The notes under the pieces: model-generated | Databases searched by the model: none | The model's input: the letters and a program-made list of their open reading frames with translations, nothing else | What the model was told of the DNA's origin: nothing | Program-made: the position numbers and the translations under genes | From: Lama glama | Lineage: Eukaryota | Direction of reading: 5' to 3' | DNA length: 64,000 bases | Assembly (NCBI GenBank): GCA_028534125.1 | Contig: CM052816.1 | Span: 42,038,001 to 42,102,000, forward strand | In this document: piece after piece, positions 41,961-55,984 of the stretch | How the letters are laid out: every line of letters begins with the position of its first letter | Position numbering within the stretch: the stretch's first letter is position 1

Positions 41961-42419
41961 GGAGGAGAAATCAAGAAGAGCACTAATGAGCTCTACGTGG
42001 TCTCATCACAGCTGCTGTCGACCTCTCCAAATCCTTCATAAGACAGAAGCTCAAGGCAGGCAAGGACACCTTTGTATCGCTTGTGATTTTATCCCTAGTG
42101 CCCAGTGCAGAGTAGGCACTCGCCTTTTGAAAAAATTGATGAATGAAATAAGTTAGACATATTAAAGAGAGATTTTGGAACCAAGATGAATTTAGAAGAC
42201 AGAACTCAAAACAATAGTCTTGATTGTTTTTGGAGAAGCTGAATGTCAGACCGTCTAGACTTTCAAGCGATGGGAGTGCTGGGGGAGTCATTACCTATCA
42301 CTACATACTTGTAAGAGGCTTTGCCTCAAGGAAAACTTAGAAAGGGAATTAATATTTTTGCGAAAGCACAGATCACAAAATGGTAGTCCAGATAGATATG
42401 TTTGGCTTTCAAAATTTAT

Positions 42420-42545
42420 TTTTTCAGGAGGAGGTAATTAGGTTTGTTTACTTGTTTGTTTGTTTATGGAGGTGCTGGGGGTTAAACCCAGGAGAGTGCT
42501 AAGCACACACTCTACCTGAGCTAAGCTCTCTAGATATTGACCCCC
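42420..42545 (-). mobile_element. tRNA-derived SINE, camelid Vic-1-like (more diverged copy)
   Basis: Shares ggaggtaattaggtttgttt...ctggggg/att-aacccagg...tgcta-gca with the 46.8 kb copy; caaaattt on both sides. Confidence 0.75.
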
Positions 42546-43004
42546 ACAAAATTTTAAAATTTTCAATTCAGCTGCCAGCAATAAAATAAGTAGAATTTAC
42601 ACAAAAATTTTACATTTTTAGCTTCTCTTGAAAAAAATCAAGGTCCAACCATATTGGCCTCTTCATTCCTTCTTGCAAACATCGCATGAGCTAAGTCCCA
42701 TCCACTGTCCATGGGACTGAGTCAGCCTTTTTCCAGGTCCTCAGATTCCCCACTAGGCCCTGGTGTCCCCCAGATGCTGAATCTGAGGGGAGGTTTCCGT
42801 CTGTTATCTTATGTCAGCCTTCTTCACTCATGTACGTTTTCTGTTCTGGACCCATAGGGGATTTTGGTCCTCAACTCTATCTCCAGAGTGAGCTCTTTCT
42901 GTGTATTCAGGGCCATTCTCCCCTACACTGCCTTCCTCTCCTCAGCCTTCAGGAGCCCAGTGGCCTCGTCCTTTCTTCCTCCACCAACCTTTGTTTGGAA
43001 GTCC

Positions 43005-43505
43005 TACATGCCAGGTGATGGTGATACGACAGCCTCTAAACAGGGCATTGATCATCACAGACCTTGAAGTATAAGGAAAAGGACCAAAAAAAAGAACACA
43101 AGTCAAGAAATAAATATTTACAAGTATGGTAAAAAGCTAAAGAGAAAAAGACAATTTTCAACAAGAGAGAATAATGTGGAGAGAACGTATGATTTAAATA
43201 AGTTGTTCAAAGGAGACTTCTCTGAGGAGGTGACATTTAGCTACGTGAAAAACCAGGGAAGAGAGGGTCGTGAAATAAGGCAACAGCATGACAGACACCC
43301 TGAGGTGCACAGGGGCTTGGCATTTTTGAGGCACTAATAAAAGGAGGCCAAGGGGGATGGGAGATCTGAGCCTGAGCCAGAGGAGAGAGCACGAGAAGGT
43401 CAGAAGAGAAGCAGGTGAGTCAAAGCCTGCAGGACAAAGTGGGCTATGGGGAGAGTTTTGTTGTATTTTCAGTGCCATGTGAAGGCCCACCAGACATGTA
43501 ATAGG
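43005..43505 (-). mobile_element. L2 LINE remnant
   Basis: gacttctctgaggaggtgacatttagc, aggcaacagcatg...ccctgagg, aaggaggcca. Confidence 0.6.
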
Positions 43506-45949
43506 TCCATAATAATCATCAAAACTTACTTCCAAGAAAGGATTTGGAATGTTTTCTGTTCAACTGAATTCACTGGTGGGAGTTATTATCTTGGGGGTGG
43601 TGGATTTTTATTTTAAAAGGAATCAAAACTTTTAATTAAAGGACTAAATTAACTATGGCAAAATGAAATGAATCAGCAGAACTCATGGAGACTGGAATAG
43701 GAAGACCCTTTTATCTCTGAAATGATCTATCTGGGTAAAACAGGGTCTATGTTAGAAAATCATTTGGCACAGGATTAAACTCAAACTGTGAAAAATGAAT
43801 GAGCTTTAAAATATGATTAGGCTGTATTTATTTATTGCTTACACCAGCACCCTGACTTGTTCAGAGGTCATTTATCTGGAAACTTCAACTAGACTAATTA
43901 CCATTGGGAATGAAGAAGTAAAGAAAATGGTTCTCAGCAGCTAAAACAAATGTCGCAAAACCCACATATTAAGCTCATACTCCTCAAGTCATGTCCCAGA
44001 AATGCTCCCCCCGCCTCTCAAGAACACTTGATTCCAATCAGAAAAAAACATATATGTATGTATTTATGTATGTGTGCATAAGTGTGTATGTATTTATACA
44101 TACTTATTTACATGTATTTTATTATTTATATATCCCAGAATTCTAACAAGCCTGGTTATCTAGAAGCAGCCATCCCAGAGGTTTGAAAATCAGGTATTTT
44201 GACAGTGAACAATAATGATAGCTGACAGCCTTACAACAAGAAAGAAATCAAAGTATTAAAAAGTAGTGGCAGGAGTTTGGAAGGTGTATCAACCGGGGCC
44301 ATTTGGTGAGGGAAAGCTTCACGAGGCTCATAGCATCTGAGGAGGTCAGTGTTTGCACAGCTGTGCCTTAGTTATTTAATTTTCATAGTGAAAACCCTGA
44401 TGCATGGAGGTAACGCCAAGTCACGCTCTAGAGAGTCTGTTTCAGAGATTGGGAAAGAGTGAAAAACATTATAGAAGGATTTCTTTTTGGAATGTGTATA
44501 TAATAAAATCAGGAGCTTAAGTGGCAGGCTTCATTAATTCAACCAGCACATATGCAGGACTGCTTCCTATATGTTCCAGAAGCAGAGAGACAAAATCGCA
44601 CCCTCACGGAGCTCACATAGCCAGATGAGATGAAACCACCAAGCGTTGGATCTGAATGTATGTGGAATATACATTCCCAGCTGATGCTGAGCGGGTGGGA
44701 GGGACATCATTAAATTGTCTATATTTGCATCCTAAGGAGAAAGTTTGTACATGAGGCAAGATGCTCCTTAGTCATAACAACTAAGTGGCAGATGTCTCAC
44801 CTGCTTATTCTGGTTTTATCCCCTCAAATGAAACTCTTTTAATTAGCAGAACCATGATGTCAAGCCTTATTATCTGTGTCTTTTTATAAACAACTTCATC
44901 TTATTTCCAGACATTTTTTATAGTTTGTCTAGAATAAAAGTCACCTATTGGTCACTCTGTTTCTTTATGACAGCACCTAATTACTGAGAACGAGGCTTAC
45001 ATGAACAATTTTTTTAATGCACAATTTCTCTTCTATAAAAAATAACTTTCCACTTGTTCATCTTTACAGAAGTTGGAGACAGCGTTGCCCTGCAGCTGAG
45101 TCGGGACAGAGCCTAGTTGAGGACATGCTGCAGGATGGGCTGCCTGAGACCCTGATCATATTTCAGTCATTCAGGTTCTGGGGTTGACTTTCTTGCCATA
45201 TCATTGCATTATTATTTAACATATATTATCATCATATGCCTGTATTATTATTTTTTAATATCCTTATTTCAGTTGACTCATTTTATAGCCAAAATTCATT
45301 TAGAAAGGACAATTTATATCACTATCACAAATGGAAAGTTAGCATAAATTGTCATGAATAGAAGATCCTAAGAAAGTAAATGCTCTGTTGCTTGCCATAG
45401 CCCCTGAACCAAATGCCTGCTTTCACTTTATTAACAAAAGTTTTAAAAAACATACTAGCACTAAGTTAAGCCATTCTTGTTGATGGTTATAGGAAGGATA
45501 GAAAAGGGAATACATCTCTCTTTGAGATTCAATATTATTTAATTCAGGGGTCAGTGAACCACCTAAAACCATTTCAGTTGCCACTAATAAAACACTTAAG
45601 GAGTAGAGGAAGTTTTCAAAGAAACAATGTCTGTTTAGTGTACCAAGAAGGCTAGATATTCCATTGTTTTATGTGTCCCATTAGGCTCAGCACAGAGCTA
45701 GGATCAGGGCAAACACCCCATAATTGCCAACTTGATGTGTACAACTACAGCTGCAACCCTGCCTCTGCCAGACATTCACAAATAGTTTCTTTTGGTTACA
45801 ACAATTTGGGCACGGTAGGATGGCTGAACTCCTGGACAGTAAAATTACAGTGCTGAGTCTGTTGACAGTAAATCAATCACCAACATCTCTTTTGTGTTAT
45901 AATGACACGAAAGTAGCAAGGTAGCATTTTTAAAGGGGATTAACTTTAG

Positions 45950-46125
45950 ACCCATGTTCCAATAAATGCTTAGGAACTTACTAGTTTTAGACCTTGGCCA
46001 GGTTTTTTAATCTCTCTGGCTTTGTTTCCTAGTCTGTAATATGGGTCTGATAATACCTTTCTCATAGAGATGTTATCAGGATAAATTAAGTAGTATATAT
46101 ATGGTGGCTGTCACATAGTACGGTC
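45950..46125 (+). mobile_element. MIR SINE
   Basis: gaccttggccagg...aatctctctggctttgtttcct...taatacctttctcatag. Confidence 0.65.
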
Positions 46126-46770
46126 ACAATAATTAGGAGCTATTTTTTAGGATGTCAGACAGATACACTACAATAGCTCCAAGGTCTTATATCATAGTTG
46201 AGAAAGAAAAAATTATATTTGGAGAATTAGGCAAAGTTCTGGGAGAATCTCCCCAGAAGGATGACATGGATGGATTAATTGATGCTTTTAAACGTAACAA
46301 GAGATTTAGACAAATGGGTGAAAATTTAGCGAGGAATTGGTGATGAACCCATAGAAAACTAAGCAAAGAACACACATGACAAAGCGTTTAAGATGGGGGA
46401 AGGAATCGTAGTAGACAGTATGCCTCTGAAGACACTTTACACAGTCTAATCATGTCAACACTGAATGTGGGTTTAAGTAGGACTGTGATATAACTGCATG
46501 GCTGGAGCGCAATGGTGGTTAAAGAGAACTAGATGCTTTTAGGCTAGATAAAAAAAAAATCAAGAAAAAGGAAAATAATATAATCTGGAGATACGAAAAT
46601 AAACTGAAGGTAAGATACCGAAAGTTAAGAAAGCAGAAAGGGTTGTCTTGGAGGAGTCGGAAACGGGACAGACTGAGGAGGGCAGAGGACTCCTCATTTC
46701 ATAATGAGCCCAGTAGCAATAGTTGATCTAACTATGTGTCTAACTTGGTACAAACAAAATGACAGATTTT

Positions 46771-46909
46771 TTTTTATAATTATTTTGGGGCTTTCTGGTG
46801 GGGGGAGGTAATTAGGTTTGTTTGTTTGTTTGTTTGTAGTACTGGGGATTGAACCCAGGATCTCATGCATGCTAGGCATGCACTCACCACTAAGCTTTAC
46901 CCTCTCCCC
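46771..46909 (-). mobile_element. tRNA-derived SINE, camelid Vic-1-like
   Basis: Minus strand GGGGAGAGGGTAAAGCTTAGTGG (A box)...GGGTTCAATCCCCAG (B box)...(AAAC)n CTAATTACCTCCCC plus A-rich tail. TSD caaaatg[a/c]cagat at 46755-46767 and 46912-46924. Confidence 0.85.
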
Positions 46910-47677
46910 ATCAAAATGCCAGATATTTTTAAAGGTACTGTTTTTCATCACAGTTTATCCAGAAGTCAAGGTCTAGGGAATGGTTGCATTTTAAAATGGC
47001 ATATGATCCAATCAAGCAGCAAATAGAAGTGCTTTTGGAGGTTTTTGCTGGCCTACTTTTTTTGATCAATGATATGATCTGTGTCCCTGTGTCTTTGACC
47101 AGAGTCCTTTCTCAGGTGAACATGACAACCTGGGCAAGCTCTGGATATTTAGAGTGTCTGTGTTGATCTCCCCAAAAGGGACTCAACACACTAAGAACTT
47201 TGAAAATCTAAGCACTGTCAGAAATGCATTCAAACATTCACAACTTGTTCTGATCTGAAAAGGCAGCGAGCAGCAGAAACATCTATAGTTTCAAGGATTC
47301 ATGTACAAGACATCACAGTAATAAAGGGCAGGGAAACTGTTTCCAAGCACTGTGCTTGGCACTTGGTGAAAGCACCATAAACATATGTTGAAGTAATGAA
47401 TGAAAGAAAGAAATAGAGCAAGTTCTTTTTGGATAGCTGATAGGATGGTCCGCATACGCCAGAGTCAAAACATTTGGTTACTTATTTCACTTCTGTAAAT
47501 CCAACAAGGCAAGAACTTAAAAGCCCAAGGGACATAATTAGAAACATTTTATGCACACACTTCCTATTTCCTATTCCATTTGGAATTAAACCTAAGCCTC
47601 TAAGATTTATAACCTACATACCCATTAGTACATTCTCTGGCTCTGTGGATTAAGGAGTATCAATTATCTACTGTGTC

Positions 47678-48205
47678 CTAAATGTCCACCGACAGATGAC
47701 TGGATAAAGAAGTTGTGATTTATGTACACAATGGAAAACTACTCAGCCATAAAAAAGAATAAAATAATGCCATTTGCAGCAACATGGATGGACCTGGAGA
47801 TGGTCATTTTATGTAAAGTAAGCCAGAAAGAAAAAGAAAAATACCATATGATATCATTCATATATGGAATCTAAAAAAGAAAAAAAGGGGACACTAATGA
47901 AGTCATCTACAAAACAGAAACACTCACACAGTAAACTACCTTATGGTTACTGAGGGGTAGGAAGGGATAAATTTTGGAGTTTGAGATTTGCAAATGTTAA
48001 TCACTATATATAAAAACAGATTAAAAACAAATTTCTTCTATATAGCACAGGGAACTATATTCAATATCTTGTAATAACCCCTAATGAAAAAGAGTATGAA
48101 AACGAATGTATGTATATATATATATATATATGCATGACTGGGACTTTATGCTGTGCACCAGAAATTGACACACTATAACTGACTATACTTCAATAAAGAA
48201 AAAAA
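47678..48205 (+). mobile_element. 5'-truncated L1 (ORF2 end + 3'UTR), same family
   Basis: Closely similar to 26876-27400 (aaatgtccaccgacagatgac...gactatacttcaataaag). Confidence 0.93.
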
Positions 48206-48858
48206 TATTCTCTGTAACACATCCAGTGTGGCAGTAAGTAGCACAACAGTTTTCCAAATGGCTTTCTTTATGGGGCACTCCAATTCCCTGAAAATACTCA
48301 AGACAAATGCCCTGAGTTCATCCTCATTCCTCTTCTCTGCTCAGCCAAGATGGCCCTGCTTTATCTTTTTTTACATATGAGAGTTACATCCAAAAGGACA
48401 TCTCTACACTTAAAGTGTTTGAAACCACCGATGTAGAAATGTGCTCTTTTAGTAGACAGTATTCTACTTCTTGTTGCATATTTTCTGTAGAGATTGCAAC
48501 AGATATGAGGTCTCACGACACAATGGACAGCATTTAAGCCAATTTAATTAGAATCACAAAGGACAAGGCCCCTCAGTTGACATCCGGATTTTATTTACGT
48601 GTGTGTGCATGCACACACGCACACATGCACCTGATTAAGCATCCAGTGAGTAAAATACATCTTTATCTGTAAACAAATGTAACGTCTATCATAAATCCAC
48701 ATTTCCTTCTAAAAGCAGAAAATGTGATCAAATTTTCCCAGGTAGACAGTAAAATTATTGCTCAGTTATTTTAATTTCAAACTCAGGCAATTTTAAGGTT
48801 CTGTCCTTCTCTTTCTTCTCCCCTGAATGACATTTAAATTCCAAAGAGGGCTTGGCAG

Positions 48859-48860
<2 letters not shown>

Positions 48861-48894
<34 letters not shown>
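48861..48894. repeat. (GT)17 microsatellite
   Basis: Direct count. Confidence 0.97.
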
Positions 48895-48896
<2 letters not shown>

Positions 48897-51414
48897 TCAC
48901 CAGGTATTCTTTATTCTCTGCTGGCATCAGCTGCTATTTCAATTGTCTTGCATACCCTTTGGAAATTGGCCCTTATGCCCACTATTTTTGCTACTGCCTG
49001 AGGTTCTAACACGGGTTCAAGCTTCTCAGAGTACACTGGTGTTCTCAGCCATTTCCAAGCCCCCTGGGGCTGCACACTTTCAGCCATCATCATGTTACCA
49101 GAGGCCTGAGAGAAACTCAAAGAGGTATCTCATGCTTTCTCATGCCTTGGCTCATTTTATTTTATTCCTCTCTTGTCATTGTCCTGTGAAACACATACGC
49201 AAGGCTGCTGCCATCCTGAATTCTCCAGTGAGAATCAGGCATTACTCCCCTCTCTCCAGATCTGTTATTTAGCCAGCATGCACCAGAATGATCATTTGGT
49301 TTGATTGGGCATCTCTTCTACTTGGCCAATCTTTGCACTATTTTGGTATTAAATGCTTAGAATGATGACTCTACATTCAAATCCCCCTATGTAATGGACA
49401 ACTCAGTCATCCCTTCTCTCTCCTAGACATTGGTCTGATGGGGACAAGAGCTGAAATCCCACACCCATATTCCACTGTTACTTTTTCTTCAAGGTAAATT
49501 TCCCCCTAGCCTACATAACCTGTATCTTGTCTCCAGGCAGGGCACCTGCGACTCTTCCTCCATTCACTTTCCATTCCATTATTTATAGCACAAACTTTAT
49601 GCCTGACTTCCTTTGGGGCTTGGCCTCTTGCAGTTCAAAAGAAACTTGAATATCAATACCCTTGACTTTATAGATTACCTTCTTTGCAGTGACGTTTAAA
49701 ATTTATTTTTAGAAATTCAAAAGCTGAGCACTGACTGCATAATTTCTTCTTGTGTTCCTGCCAGAAAATTCCACATCTTCTTTGAAGCAATACTTGCAAC
49801 CAACTGAATAGGCGAGGAGGTTGGGGAACCCTAGTTAACATCTCAAAATTTTATCCTGACACACCTGTAAGAGTGATGGGCCTGTCCAGTTCTTTCTTTT
49901 TTCAAACACAGTTGGCCAAGAAATTAAAGAGAAGCAACTGGCCATGGTTCCCTTCAAAGTCATGTTAATGGTAGAGCAGTCTGTAATGTAACCCAGGGTC
50001 ATGAGCAAAGAGTTCTTGTATTATAATAAAGAGTCAAGTTAACAATAGAAGAATGGGTTTCTTATGTAGACTCAATGAATGGTTCTAGCAGGGAGTAATC
50101 CTAGGAGTTCTCTGTTGTTCTTTTGAACACTTAAAATGATTCCAAATAGAATCCCAGCACCCCTCATCCCGTATCCTGGTTTCACACACGACAATGGAAC
50201 CTGGGCTCATCTTTCCTCAGAACCCAGCATCAAAAAAGGTAGGAAAGAGAACACCTGAGATCTGCAAAACTGCAAGAGGCTGAGGAAATATATAAGACAA
50301 AGACCAAATTGGAGACTTGAGGATTGCAGAGTAAGAAGACAGAATATGTTCCCAAAATAGGCAGAAGGCTGGAACTTTGGGTAAAGAGTTGGAGTTTCAA
50401 AGAGGGTGGACTATACAAAGTAGAGAAGAAAAGTAAGGCTGGAGAAACAGAAATGAATCAAAGTGACAGCCTTTGAAGGTCTAGTGAGAATTCAAAAGGG
50501 ACCCAAGTGAGCGTCTGCATAATGAAGCCCATTCACTTCTGCAAGGCAAGCAGATAAGGTGGCTACACACACCTTCGTTTTGCAATCTTCCACGACCCTC
50601 TGTATGTTTTGAATTTACCACCAGAAATTTGTATGTATTCTTGGTCTAGAGGCCAGTGGCCAAGGTGATTCCTTAAAGAGGAAAGAAAGAGTTTTCTTCT
50701 TCCAAGGACACTGGTAAACGTCTTCATTGTGAAGCTCAGGCCTATAGAGGACAATCCAAAGGAACGGGGAATCTGGAAACACTGTGCACAGTACCCCAGT
50801 GCAACCTCCAAAGAGACCTCGAGACACACTCCTTGGGATTTCAATAAAGAGAATTTCCTATGGGCTATTGGTACATGTTTCTTTTTGTTTTACAGAAATT
50901 AAATCATATACTATAAGCTTTGCTTATTAATTCTATAGAAGAGACTGTGGCTAGACCTGCTTATGAAGAGCCACTAAATACACGTCAAGGGAAGGTTCCC
51001 ACAACTCAGGTATAGAGCAAAGTAAATCCCAAAAGTGTGCCATAGTAAGCATCTCTGGACTCAGAACCCAGACAAAGCTAGATGACAGGATTGCTAAGTT
51101 GCAGAATTATTACCTTACACCATCAAATAAGTTATTTCTGGGCAATGAAATGGCCCAGAAAGAAGAAAAGCAAACACGCCTGACCACCCTTTGACCTGGC
51201 CCTCAGCCTGTCAGTGTTCTCACCTACTCAAGCTGCTGACTACCGTCTTGTCCCTGGAGGACAAAGAAGAGGAACACCAGAGGCTGTGCTTAGTCAGAAG
51301 CTTCCTTGTCAATATTGTTCTCATACCCTTTTGGTGCTAGACACAGCTTGTGAGCAAAACTCACTGGTGCCTGTGAATTCTACTTGTCATTTTTGAAACC
51401 AGTTACAGTCGCCT

Positions 51415-51605
51415 CAAATCTGAGGCAAAGACACAGTAACCCTGGGCAAATTGCTTAATCTCTCTATGCCTCAGTTTCCTCATCTATAAAATGGACACTA
51501 AAAACAGCTTCATTATAAATTTTTTTGTGTGACAACATATGAAAAAATTTATTAGGGTACTTAGCCAAAGGGTGAAGACAGAGAAAGTGCTTTGGTAGCT
51601 ACTAT
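51415..51605 (+). mobile_element. MIR SINE
   Basis: ctgggcaaattgcttaatctctctatgcctcagtttcctcatctataaaatgg (MIR core). Confidence 0.85.
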
Positions 51606-51789
51606 TATTAATGTTGTTAACCTGTCATTTTCCAGATGGAAATTGATATAATTCTATGTCAATAACTATTTATTGGCATACTTTTTAGTGATTGAATAGT
51701 TTTCCATTTTATGAGAATTCTATGGTTTATTTAATCAAATATTGGGGATCATTAAGATTATGCTTATTTGTTTGGCTATTATCCTTTCA

Positions 51790-52900
51790 GGTAAAGTTAG
51801 CTGATTAAACTTACATATCAACATTCACTCCCTCCCAAAACCCCTTAAAAACTACAGGGAACGGATTTTTTGAAGGCATAAACTCGTGGAGTGAAGAGAA
51901 CAGGACTAAAAGCAATAGCAATAAGATTATGGAAGCAGAAAAGCAAATAATTTAGCAGACCCAAGAAAACTAAACCTTACACCAGCAGCAGGGAAAGCTA
52001 AGAACAAACCCTTTCTACATCTCAGAATTCCCCTAAGGCTTGGGAACTGGTGGTACCAAACAGCTCTGGAAGTTGAGATGAAAAGAGATGCCAAAATACA
52101 ATGGATTACTTGAAAGTCTGTTTCAGAAGCAACTACACCCCCAGATTCTCTCATCACTGCCAGGAAACCATGCATTTGCCACCCTAGCCAAAGACTGAAG
52201 GTGTCTTTCCTAGAGAGAGTAAAACAGGGATTCACCAGGACACAGGCATGGCTAAAGGTGAAGTTTTCATATGGAACTACGTGAGGCATCATGGGTGCTG
52301 AGCTCCCCAAGGTTCTCTTTCCTCTGCAGCCAACCCCTCTCCCCCATATTGGAGGTTGGGGCATCCTCTCTGTGGGACCGGACCAACCTCAGAGGAAAGA
52401 GTTAAAGACTCTAGTATCAGAGTTTTCTCACCTCAACTATCTGGCTAGACCATTCTATTACAAAGTTCACAGCTGTCAGCCCCCACTGAAATGATCACAA
52501 CTTCCAACCATCCCTTCTTTGCCTTACTCTTAAATGAAGTCTGGCAATCAAAGATTGTGAGAGATCTGAGGAATGCCTTTGCTTTGACAGAGGGACCTGA
52601 AACAAAACAGGAAGAAACAACTTGGTGGGCTGCACAGCAGGAAGAAAACTTCAAAAAAGCAAAACAAAACAAACTGGCATGAATATTCTCAAAGACATGA
52701 GAACATCTTGTAATCCTGAGAGAACAATAAGGACAAACAAAAAGGAAATTTTGTAAAACAAAAAGGATCTTCTGGAAATTAACAATATGATGGCAAAAAT
52801 GAAAATGAAGAACTCAGGGGAAGGGCTGGAATATAAATTAAGAAAGCTTTCCCAGAAACAATAGTAAAAAAAATTGTAAATGACAGAGAAAAAATAATTT
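51790..52900 (+). mobile_element. Ancient L1/HAL1-like 5' region with ORF1 coiled-coil remnant
   Basis: About 52766-52858 reads DLLEINNMMAKMKMKNSGEGLEYKLRKLSQK, like L1 ORF1p (ELLEIKNMIAE..NS.EGLEDK.EE.SQK). Confidence 0.65.
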
Positions 52901-54212
52901 TTATCTATTATAGACAATTATTTGATAGAAATATTTGAGACAAAGATTTTAAATTCTATAAGCCAGCAGATTTTGCAGCATGAGATAAAACCAGAAAAGA
53001 ATTCAATTTCTGAAAGGTCTTTAAACTTTAAAATACAGAAAACAGGAAAAGTTTATTCCCAAGTACCAGAACACCTAGGCAGACAGCAAGTACTAGAACT
53101 CTTATTAGCAATCTTTCTAAATTAAACAAACTGTATCCCTAACACCTACAAAGTGAAAAATTTGTTACATGAGGCTTATTGGCAATCATGATCTCAATGC
53201 ACCTATTTTTGATGAGGGCTGAAAAGGCCTAAGCTAGAAATGAAGACCAGTGCAAAGAACAGCCTCTTTATGTAAATCTCTCCAGCTAATCTTTACAAGC
53301 TCCAAAAAGGGTGAAGTCGGGTGAATGAACTCTCACCTCCTGTGGCTGCTTCTGTAACTACTCAGTTTCAGCCATGAGAAATTACTGACCAGCAGACTTA
53401 ACTTGCTTTTCACTTTCATTCCTTATATTGCTAAGACTCACTTGGAATATTCTTGAGGTTCCCTATGCTATTCGGTGCTGAGAGTATTTTGACAAGATCA
53501 GCTATATACTAGCAAAATGAAGTGGAGAACTGAGACAATTAAGAAGAAATCCTAGATCTAATATTTCACTTTCCCTAAAATATACAGGGATTGAGAATAA
53601 AATGTTCTTAAAATTCTATGCTTTATTTTACTTCTAGTCTTAATCTGTGCCTATGCTTTGCAAAGGGAGGCAGAAAGCTGCAATTGTCAGTTAAATCTAA
53701 TCCCTGTATTTTAATAATCATCCCTTGGTGCTCAGTACAATTACCTAGCATGCTCTGTGACACACCAATTCAATTGTAATCTTCGGGTGTAGGGCCATGG
53801 CATCAGTAGTGTTTAAAAGCTAATTAAATGACCCTAATATGCAACAAGAACTGACAACCGTTGATAATCAAATCTATAATGTGGGCTAAAAAAATAGAAA
53901 ACACTTTGAAGCCCATGCTTTGGATTAGCTAGTTATATGTCTTTAAAAACTAGTAATTGCAAAGTATCTGCTTTCTTTGAAGCTATACGGATATAGTGTC
54001 CAAACAGGTGACCCTACTTTGCTAGTTTAAGTGGTTTCATATTTGGCACTTGTCTCTCTTCTCTGGTTTCCCAACACTTAGCTGTAATAAGGTAGGGGTT
54101 GAGGTAGGGAGTGAGGAGTGATAACATCCTTCTTGGAGTGCATGGCTGACTTGAAGCAAAAGATCAATATAAGTAAGATTTCTATTGGATTGCATGGTAA
54201 TAATCCTTTATC

Positions 54213-54322
54213 AGTATGTATGTTCATGTATGACTGAAGCATTATGCCATGCACCAGAAGTTGACACAACATTGTAAACTGACTATACTTAAATAAAAAA
54301 TATATATACAAAAAAAGAAGAA
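54213..54322 (+). mobile_element. About 100-bp L1 3'-terminal fragment with A-rich tail
   Basis: gtatgactgaagcattatgc...gtaaactgactatact matches the L1 3' terminus. Flanks aatcctttatc (54202-54212) and aatcctatatc (54323-54333) look like a TSD. Confidence 0.85.
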
Positions 54323-54629
54323 AATCCTATATCTAGTTCTGCATCTTTACAGGAAAGACTTTAAAACTTACTGTCAGGGCATTAAATTTGGGTCTTACGT
54401 TAATAAGCTCCGGAAACAAACATGGGCTCTTTTACAATTTGTGAGAGCAAATGATCACGTCAACCTAATGATTATCTTCCTAATTGGCTCCAGGGAAGTA
54501 TTATATATATTTTTTTTTCTCTGAGTAATTACTCTGTATTTTTCCCCCAGGTTCAGTGGCATTTTCTCTAAAAAGATAATAATAGAGCTAGCCTAATCAT
54601 GGAGAATAACCTCAGGCAGTCTACTTAAA

Positions 54630-54748
54630 ATAAGAAAAAGAAGAAGAAAGAAATGAATACACAGAGAAGACAAGAGGAGGAGGATGATGATGACAAAAAC
54701 AAAAAAAGGAGGAGGAGAAGAAGGAAGAGGAGCAGTAGCAGCAGAAGC
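54630..54748. repeat. Purine-rich degenerate trinucleotide tract (GAA/GGA/GAT/GCA)
   Basis: aagaagaagaaag...gaggaggaggatgatgatgac...ggaggaggagaagaagg...agcagtagcagcag. Confidence 0.8.
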
Positions 54749-54772
54749 GGGTAGGAACCACCAGTTAAGGGC

Positions 54773-54938
54773 CAGTGTTTCTTATGACCTCCAGGGCTAT
54801 TTGTTAAAGTTTGCAGATTCCTAGACCCCACGCTCTCCCAGAATCAGAATGGAAGGAAGGATGCTTAGCAATTTGCATTTTAAACAAGCACCCCAGGTGA
54901 GCTTTATGCAAAATACACCATTTGAACATTATTGGCCT
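54773..54938 (+). mobile_element. MER5A-like DNA transposon
   Basis: tgcagattcctagacccca...gaatcagaat...tttgcattttaaacaagcaccccaggtga. Confidence 0.8.
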
Positions 54939-55159
54939 AAAATATGCTGAGTACTAACGTCATGGATGCTGTTCTATTGAACTCATTTATTTTTTGAGCT
55001 CCCAGTCTGGCTGAAGCAACAAAGGGTAATAATATTTTAAGATAATATAAACCCAGGAACATAGTGCTTCTAGGATTGATCTCAAACCTTGGGCAGTTCC
55101 CTTTGAGGCAAAGCCAAGAAAATGACAACAGAAGACAGATTGACAATCATGACAACTAG

Positions 55160-55365
55160 CCTTTAGTGAGCACTTATCATGTGCCAAGCCCTGTTTTAAA
55201 TGATTTACACTACTGAGTCACCTTCAGTTCTTATAAATAATAGTCAGTATTATTTTCCCTATTCCACAGATGAGGAAGCTGAAGCTTCAGGTTAAGTAAA
55301 TTGTGCTAAGTAACTGCCAGGAAAGGGCAGAAAGGACTCACACCCTCAACTGCTCTAACTATTAG
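55160..55365 (-). mobile_element. MIR SINE
   Basis: gagcacttatcatgtgccaagccctg...cccta ttccacagatgaggaagctgaagct...ggttaagtaa. Confidence 0.8.
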
Positions 55366-55984
55366 ACATCAAAATAATCCATGCAAATGGAGATAGAAGC
55401 ACTGCAGGCCTGAGTTCTAGTTTTAGCTCTATCAGATTAATTATGCAAACTGTGGTGGCCTCACCTGCCTATGACTTAGGTCATTTGTCTGTGAAATGGG
55501 ATTGGTGATACTGGTGTCATGAGAAGCTAACAGATATAAGATATCCTTACTAAAAGTACAAAGTACCACATAAATGCCAGTTTTCATTATGCTCCTGTAA
55601 TCATGGTGTCATGGGCCAGATCTAAACCTTCCCACATGAAGTTAGGAAATGGAAATGAAGTAGTTGTGTTACTGTCCAATCACATATGTAGAATCATAGG
55701 CTGGTTCTAATATCAGGAAGACAAGGTGGAGAAGTTAAGTAAATTTTTTTAAAAGGTATCTCCTTTGCTTCTCTGTGTGCTGTAAGATCTGACTGACACT
55801 CCTGATACTGGCTGTAAGGCACACTGGCTCAAGCTTTCACATGATATATTTCTATCATATTTAACATATCAAGTCAACACAGTACCTTACCTTTTTAAAG
55901 CACCATTTTTAGAGGGTATGTTTAGAGGAGCAAATTTCTAGGTCTTTCTCAGGCTTTTCCACAGGGTAAAATACACGACTACTG

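Noticed and set aside
46771..46909. tRNA gene
   Set aside because: Has A/B boxes but also a SINE tail, TSDs and a diverged second copy; it is a SINE.
50200..50860. Possible old ERVL/Gypsy-like LTR (also about 16480-17270)
   Set aside because: Composition and a terminal AATAAA are suggestive, but I could not match a family or termini with confidence.
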